Positions 7,416 through 12,278 of a stretch of 12,278 nt of DNA are shown here, in pieces. Position 1 is the stretch's first letter, and every line of letters starts with the position of its first letter. The DNA lies in NCBI GenBank assembly GCA_033762915.1, contig JANRLD010000106.1:1-12278 (forward strand). Direction: 5' to 3'. Below the pieces are notes generated by a model. The model saw nothing but the letters and a program-made list of their open reading frames with translations, was not told the origin of the DNA and did not search any database. Source of the stretch: Meiothermus sp. (GTDB lineage Bacteria; Deinococcota; Deinococci; Deinococcales; Thermaceae). The translations under genes and the position numbers were made by a program.

Positions 7416-7423
7416 GCTAATCT
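7415..7423 (+). promoter_or_regulatory. Extended -10 (TGcTAATCT), leaderless
   Basis: Ends 7 nt before ATG 7431 and there is no Shine-Dalgarno. Confidence 0.55.
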
Positions 7424-7430
7424 GTTGCGT

Positions 7431-8108
7431 ATGGTTCGCTGGATCGTTTTTCTGCTGGCAATGTCGTCGCTGGGTCTGGCCCAGCTATGCGATCAACCCT
7501 TCTCGCCCGTGCGGGCCAACTGGGAGTGGCAGTACCGGGTGACCGGCGAGAATCCCACCACCTACTCGGTGCGGCGCACCAACATCACCGAAAGCGGCTT
7601 CATGGCAGTGCAGCAGAACGCCCAGGGCCGGGGCGAGACCAAATTCCGCTGCACCCTCGAGGGCCTCACCCCAATAGATTTCGGCGGACGCGGCCCCACC
7701 CAGGCTGGGGTAGGCGGGGGCGGAGTCGACCTGGACATCACCGTTAAGAGCGTGCGGGGGGTGCAGATCCCCGACCTGGACAGGTGGGCGGTGGGGGAAC
7801 GCTGGGGCTACACCCTCGAGCTGGGGGGCACTGCCCAGCAAGGCCCGGTGCGCTTCAACGTCGAGGGTACCGTGGAGAGCCTGTTCCGCGTGGTGGCCCA
7901 GGAAACCGTTACCGTTCCCGCCGGCCGCTTTCAAGCCCTTAAGGTGCAGGTCACCACCAACTTTAAGATCGTCGGCAGGGCTGGTCCGCTGTCTATCCCC
8001 TTTAACCAGAGCAGCGAGAGCACCGCCTGGTACGTGGAGGGCGTGGGTATGGTGAAGACGGTCTCGAGGAACAACACCACCGAGTTGATGGCGCTTAAGA
8101 AGGGCTAG
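7431..8108 (+). CDS. Secreted beta-rich protein (DUF3108/TapB-like)
   Basis: Signal peptide MVRWIVFLLAMSSLGLA|Q. ETVTVPAGRF and WYVEGVGMVK match the E.VTVPAG.F ... WY..GVG.VK pattern of this group. Confidence 0.75.
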   Translation: MVRWIVFLLAMSSLGLAQLCDQPFSPVRANWEWQYRVTGENPTTYSVRRTNITESGFMAVQQNAQGRGETKFRCTLEGLTPIDFGGRGPTQAGVGGGGVDLDITVKSVRGVQIPDLDRWAVGERWGYTLELGGTAQQGPVRFNVEGTVESLFRVVAQETVTVPAGRFQALKVQVTTNFKIVGRAGPLSIPFNQSSESTAWYVEGVGMVKTVSRNNTTELMALKKG

Positions 8109-8315
8109 CGGGGAGAAGCGGCAAACGGCGAGCAGAGAAACCTTCCTCTGCGAGTTGGCATGGTTGAATCATTTCGCCCGCCGACTCCCGCAGGGAGTTG
8201 CGCCTCGGGTAGCCGCTCCTCGGCTATGGCGAACGCCACTCCACCCTGGAAGGTGTTTACCACATCCGCCGATATTGCTCTTCCACCCTGGCGGAAGTTG
8301 GTACCTGGCCCTGCG

Positions 8316-9305
8316 CTATCCTTCTGCAAGGGGCAGATAGGCTGCGGCGGGCAAGGCCAGGGGGTTTGACCCTCCTTGTTGATTCGGCCGGGCCAGGATG
8401 CGCCAGGCGGCCAGGGCGATCATCGCGCCGTTATCGGTGGCAAGGCCCTTGGGGGGGAAGAACAGCTCGAGCCCCGCCCCGGCCAGCCGAGAACGCAGGG
8501 CCTGGTTCTGGGCAACCCCACCGGTAACGAGGAGCCGGGTGTGCCCCGTGGACCTCGCGGCCCGCAGCACCACCGTGGACAGGTGCTCCACCGCGACCCG
8601 CTGAAAACTAGCAGCGATGTCGGCCGGCCGGAAGCCTTTCTCAACGGCGTTGGCGACAGCGGTCTTGAGGCCGGAAAAGCTGAAGGCCACGCCCTTGTTC
8701 TCGCGCAGCGGGACGCCGAGCGGCACCGCGCCGGGGTCACCTTGTTGGGCCAACCGCTCGATCTCCGGGCCGCCGGGATAGCCCAGGCCCAGCAGGCGGG
8801 CGGCCTTGTCGAAGGCCTCACCCGCAGCGTCGTCCATGGTCGCGCCCAGCAGACGGTACTCGCCCCAGCCGGGCACCTCGAACAGGTGGGTGTGGCCGCC
8901 CGAGGCGATAAAGGCCAGGAAGGGTGGCCGGGCCTCGGGGTGCTCGGCCAGGGCAGCGTAGATATGGCCCTCGAGGTGATGCACCGGCACCAGGGTCTTG
9001 CCGGTGGCGAAAGCCAGCCCTTTGGCGTAGGTGTAGCCGACCAGGAGCGCACCGATCAGGCCGGGGCCCCGAGTGGCTGCCACCGCGTCCAGGTCGGCAA
9101 TGCTCAGGCCAGCGTCTTCGAGGGCCAGCCCCACCAGCCGGTCGATCATCTGGGTGTGCTCTCTCGAGGCCAGCTCGGGCACCACTCCGCCGAAGCGCTC
9201 GTGCAGCAGGGTCTGCGAGGCGACGCGGTTGGCGACCACCCGGCCGCCCCGCACAATCCCCACTCCGGTGTCGTCGCAGGAGGTATCAATGCCCAGTATC
9301 CGCAC
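8316..9305 (-). CDS. tsaD: tRNA N6-adenosine threonylcarbamoyltransferase TsaD
   Basis: ILGIDTSCDDT, GGVVPELASREH, GPGLIGAL, HHLEGH, SGGHT, DDAAGEAFDK, FSFSGLKT and TDNGAMIA. GTG start at 9305 lies 6 nt after CACAAT (9312-9317). Confidence 0.97.
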   Translation of the reverse strand: MRILGIDTSCDDTGVGIVRGGRVVANRVASQTLLHERFGGVVPELASREHTQMIDRLVGLALEDAGLSIADLDAVAATRGPGLIGALLVGYTYAKGLAFATGKTLVPVHHLEGHIYAALAEHPEARPPFLAFIASGGHTHLFEVPGWGEYRLLGATMDDAAGEAFDKAARLLGLGYPGGPEIERLAQQGDPGAVPLGVPLRENKGVAFSFSGLKTAVANAVEKGFRPADIAASFQRVAVEHLSTVVLRAARSTGHTRLLVTGGVAQNQALRSRLAGAGLELFFPPKGLATDNGAMIALAAWRILARPNQQGGSNPLALPAAAYLPLAEG

Positions 9306-9336
9306 GGCTTGATTGTGGGGGCTTAGCGGGGAAGGG

Positions 9337-9570
9337 TCAAGTAACTGGATTGGACCCGCCCTCGAGCTCAAACTCGATCTCGCCTGCCGGCGCTTCGAAC
9401 CCCACCGCCTTATGGGTGCCGTCACAGAAGGGCTTGTTGGCCGACTGGCCGCAGCGGCAGAGAAAGACTCGAGGCTTCTCTACGGTCTCCACCACGTCGC
9501 CGTGGCGGTAGGTGAACGTTCCGCCGGTCTCGAGCATGATTGGGCCGTTGGGGTTGAGTTTGGCTTTCAT
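9337..9570 (-). CDS. CDGSH iron-sulfur domain protein (single domain)
   Basis: LCRCGQSANKPFCDGTH matches C-x-C-x2-S-x3-P-x-C-D-G-[SAT]-H. N-terminal NGP motif. TAAAAT (9577-9582) lies 6 nt before the ATG. Confidence 0.93.
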   Translation of the reverse strand: MKAKLNPNGPIMLETGGTFTYRHGDVVETVEKPRVFLCRCGQSANKPFCDGTHKAVGFEAPAGEIEFELEGGSNPVT

Positions 9571-9579
9571 GGCGGGATT

Positions 9580-10068
9580 TTACCGGCTCAGCCACCGGCT
9601 CAATAGCGGTATGAGCAGGAATGTCAGGATCACCCGCACGGTGTGGAACACCCCCACGATGGCGGCCTTGCCCCCCTCGGCCTGGGCCATCACCCCCATG
9701 CTCCCGATGCCTCCCGGGGCCATGCCGAACAGCGTCGTGACAAAGCCGATCCCCGTCCAGCGGGTGATTAAGTAGGCCATCCCGGCCCCCACCGCCAAAA
9801 ACACCAGCGAGGCCGCCACCGCCCAGGGCAGGGCCGCGCGGGCGGCCTGCAAGACCTCCCGGTTAAGGGTAAGGCCGATGAACACGCCGGCTGAGAGCTG
9901 CACCGCGAACTCGAACCACCCCGGACTCGAGGCCCGCTCCGGCGCGAAAAGCTGATATAGCCCCGTCCCGATCATCGCCCCCACCACCAGCCCGCCCGGC
10001 AGCCCGAACCGCCAGAACAACAGCCCGAGCGCCACTCCGCACAGTCCCGCCGTGAACAAGCTTGTCAT
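9580..10068 (-). CDS. AbrB-family (AidB regulator/'putative ammonia monooxygenase') membrane protein, single repeat
   Basis: Hydrophobic throughout, with LPGG..VGAM, Q...G..IG, APGG and HTVR motifs. TATGCT (10075-10080) lies 6 nt before the ATG. Confidence 0.8.
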   Translation of the reverse strand: MTSLFTAGLCGVALGLLFWRFGLPGGLVVGAMIGTGLYQLFAPERASSPGWFEFAVQLSAGVFIGLTLNREVLQAARAALPWAVAASLVFLAVGAGMAYLITRWTGIGFVTTLFGMAPGGIGSMGVMAQAEGGKAAIVGVFHTVRVILTFLLIPLLSRWLSR

Positions 10069-10430
10069 GGCGTGAGCATACCGCCCAGCGGGTACGGGCG
10101 CGCCGAGAACCCATGGCCCCAGTCCAGGTTGTCATTGCCGGACGAACCCCAGAAGGCTTATGGGAACCGGTCACTCCGACCACCCCGGCGCAGCCTACAG
10201 CGCTTCTTGAGTCGCTTCTGACCTGCCCCACAGCCGCGGCGAGGGCGGGATTCGGCACCCTCGACGCTGAGCGGTTCAGAAACCGGCATCAAAACGCCCC
10301 TCGATACCCTCGACCGTTGGCGCAGACCCGCACTCTTGTTTAGGCCATCGGATAGACAAGGCCCTATGGCCGGCCTGGGCCGACCGACTGGGGCACTTTT
10401 GTGTGCCGAACGGTGTTGTGGCCTGCTCCG

Positions 10431-11459
10431 TCAAGCGACCTGCAAGGCCTGCTCGATACGGTTCAGGGCGGCGGGAATGTCTTCGTCGGCAAGGTCGCGG
10501 TGGGCGACAAAGCGCACCCGGTTGGCGCCCGTGGGGTTGATCATCAGGCCCAGGTCACGCAGCCTCGAGGCGAAACCCGGCGCGTCGGGCACCTGGGCGT
10601 AAACCATGTTGGTCTGCACCGACTGGAGGTCTACCCCCACGTGCAGGGCCAGAAGCCCTTCGGCCAGAGCCCTGGCCATCTGGTGGTCGCGGGCAAGTTG
10701 CTTGGGCCCCTCCTGCAGGGCGATCAGCCCCGCCGCAGCCAGCACCCCAGCCTGCCGCATCCCACCGCCCACCAGCTTGCGGTAGCGCCAGGCCTCGGCG
10801 CGGTACTCCTTGGGCATCAGAAGGATAGAGCCGACCGGCGCGCCCAGCCCCTTGGAGAGGCAGATCGAGACGGTGCGAAAGCCCAGGGCGAGTTCGGTAG
10901 GCGTGGTGTTCAGCGCGGTGACGGCGTTGAAGAATCGCGCGCCGTCGAGGTGCACGGGTAGCCCCTCGGCGCTGGCCACGTTCTGGATTTCGCGCTGGAT
11001 CTCGAGGGGTACCACGCAGCCGCCGGAGGAGTTGTGGGTGTTCTCGAGACTGATCAGGCTTGTTGGCGCCTGGTGAATCGAGTGGTGCACGGCGTACTTG
11101 ACCTCGGCGGGGTTGGGGACACCGTAGGGTGCATCCACCAGCCGTATGGTCCCACCGGACAGCACCGCCAGCGAGCCAGGCTCGTACTCGTAGATGTGCG
11201 CACCCTTGGGAGCGATCACCTCAGAGCCGCGCCGGACGTGCAGCATCAGCCCGACCTGGTTGGTCATGGAGCCGCTGGGCATGAACAGACCGGTGTCGAA
11301 GCCCAGCATCTCGGCGGCGAGGGCCTCGAGGCGGTTGACGGTGGGGTCTTCGGAGTACACGTCGTCGCCCACCTCGGCCTCGGCCATCGCGGCCCGCATG
11401 GCGGGAGTGGGCTTGGTCACGGTGTCGGAACGCATGTCGATGATCGAGGGCGGCTTCAT
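10431..11459 (-). CDS. ltaE: Low-specificity L-threonine aldolase (PLP)
   Basis: IDMRSDTVTKPT, GDDVY.EDPT, PSGSMTN, LENTHN, HLDGAR, PLP lysine in CLSKGLGAPVGS, and GGGMRQAG. Confidence 0.95.
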   Translation of the reverse strand: MKPPSIIDMRSDTVTKPTPAMRAAMAEAEVGDDVYSEDPTVNRLEALAAEMLGFDTGLFMPSGSMTNQVGLMLHVRRGSEVIAPKGAHIYEYEPGSLAVLSGGTIRLVDAPYGVPNPAEVKYAVHHSIHQAPTSLISLENTHNSSGGCVVPLEIQREIQNVASAEGLPVHLDGARFFNAVTALNTTPTELALGFRTVSICLSKGLGAPVGSILLMPKEYRAEAWRYRKLVGGGMRQAGVLAAAGLIALQEGPKQLARDHQMARALAEGLLALHVGVDLQSVQTNMVYAQVPDAPGFASRLRDLGLMINPTGANRVRFVAHRDLADEDIPAALNRIEQALQVA

Positions 11460-11506
11460 ACAATGCAGATTCTACGCCTCGAGCCGCGCACCGCAGCAGC
11501 CTGAGC

Positions 11507-12076
11507 TTAAGACCTTCGCCTTGCCATCCCCACTCCACGCAGCGCCACCACCACGCTCACCAGTACGAACGCCCAGAACCCCACCCCACTGGGCCAGAGC
11601 GCCGCCAGCGTGAAGGCATAGCCGGCCATCGCCCCCACGGGTATGGGATACCAGAGCCGGCGGTTGGCCTTCCAGACCAACTGCCAGTACAGCCCGATCA
11701 CCACCGCCGCAACCAGCAGCGCAAGCCCAACCACTGCGGGGTACAAGAAGGCAAAGTATCCGACCGTGGGGGCGATGCCGCCGCCGCCGCGAAAGCCGAA
11801 AAATAGCGGCCAGTTGTGGCCCGCCACCAGAGCCATGCCCATCACCGGCACGGCCCAGGTCGCGCCGGAGAACCCGCTCAGGTAGGCCACCAGAACGCCC
11901 TTGGCGATGTCGGCCAGCGCCACCGCCACGCCCCACTTTGGCCCAAGCTGCCGGAAGGTTCCGCTGGCCCCAGGAGTATCCCGCTCGGCCAGGTTGAAGC
12001 CCTTGAGGACGCCTGCGATCCGCCCGAAGCTCAGGGAGCCGATGAGGTACGCGGCGACCACCAGCACGATGTCCAT
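11507..12076 (-). CDS. PlsY-family (glycerol-3-phosphate acyltransferase-like) membrane protein, divergent paralog
   Basis: AYLIGSLSFG, DIAKG and GHNWPLFFGFRGGGGIA are PlsY hallmarks, but the catalytic motifs are altered. Start is 12076 (MDIV) or 12091. Confidence 0.8.
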   Translation of the reverse strand: MDIVLVVAAYLIGSLSFGRIAGVLKGFNLAERDTPGASGTFRQLGPKWGVAVALADIAKGVLVAYLSGFSGATWAVPVMGMALVAGHNWPLFFGFRGGGGIAPTVGYFAFLYPAVVGLALLVAAVVIGLYWQLVWKANRRLWYPIPVGAMAGYAFTLAALWPSGVGFWAFVLVSVVVALRGVGMARRRS

Positions 12077-12202
12077 AGGCGTACCGACCATCCTAGCTGA
12101 AACGGCGCCTCGAGGTGGGTCACGCGGCCGGCAGTCACAGGGCAACCGCAAAGTCGGGTTTTTGGGAGCAACTCCGAAAGCCAGCAGGCATAACCATGAA
12201 GT

Positions 12203-12225
12203 CCACCCCTACAGCGTAGGGGTGG
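12203..12225. other. Perfect 10-bp hairpin (terminator- or REP/IS-end-like)
   Basis: CCACCCCTAC-AGC-GTAGGGGTGG, with no adjacent U-tract. Confidence 0.5.
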
Positions 12226-12278
12226 GTAGGGCGGGGTTTGTTCCGCGCTGACCCATGTATTCGCTGACTGAATGGGCG

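Noticed and set aside
2685..9326. Long plus-strand ORFs (2685..3368, 3340..4218, 5175..6002, 8376..9326 and similar)
   Set aside because: These are antisense shadows of well-supported minus-strand genes, expected at high GC, with no recognisable motifs.
10062..10343. 93-aa ORF in the 360-bp gap between the AbrB-type gene and ltaE
   Set aside because: It has no recognisable domain, RBS or leaderless -10, and its Pro/Ala/Arg-rich composition is typical of non-coding GC-rich DNA. A small protein cannot be fully excluded.
12118..12190. c-di-GMP-I riboswitch-like words (CACAGGGCAA, CGCAAAG)
   Set aside because: The GNRA-capped P2 and the P3 receptor helix are missing and the spacing is wrong.

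Overview
GC-rich bacterial chromosomal window, most likely Deinococcota (Meiothermus-like). This is inferred from leaderless TANNNT promoters, the signal-peptide style and heavy CTCGAG use. It begins with the 3' end of an IS630 transposase, then a long-chain polyprenyl diphosphate synthase and a divergent hotdog acyl-CoA thioesterase. A four-gene minus-strand cluster follows: creatininase-family hydrolase, two CodA/AtzC-like amidohydrolases and an FAD-linked oxidoreductase. After a structured ~590 bp intergenic region come a secreted protein, tsaD, a CDGSH Fe-S protein, a half-size AbrB-type membrane protein, ltaE and a divergent PlsY-like gene. The best candidate for an undescribed system is the N-heterocycle cluster. 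One of its amidohydrolases has lost canonical metal and catalytic residues (possible pseudoenzyme or partner subunit), and the cluster has a ~125 nt leader with mutually exclusive helices, one closing on the 9 nt before the start codon. Also notable are a ~180 nt rod-like palindromic element with 12-bp tandem repeats and roughly 10-fold enrichment of the palindrome CTCGAG. All functional calls come from reading motifs by eye; no searches were run.
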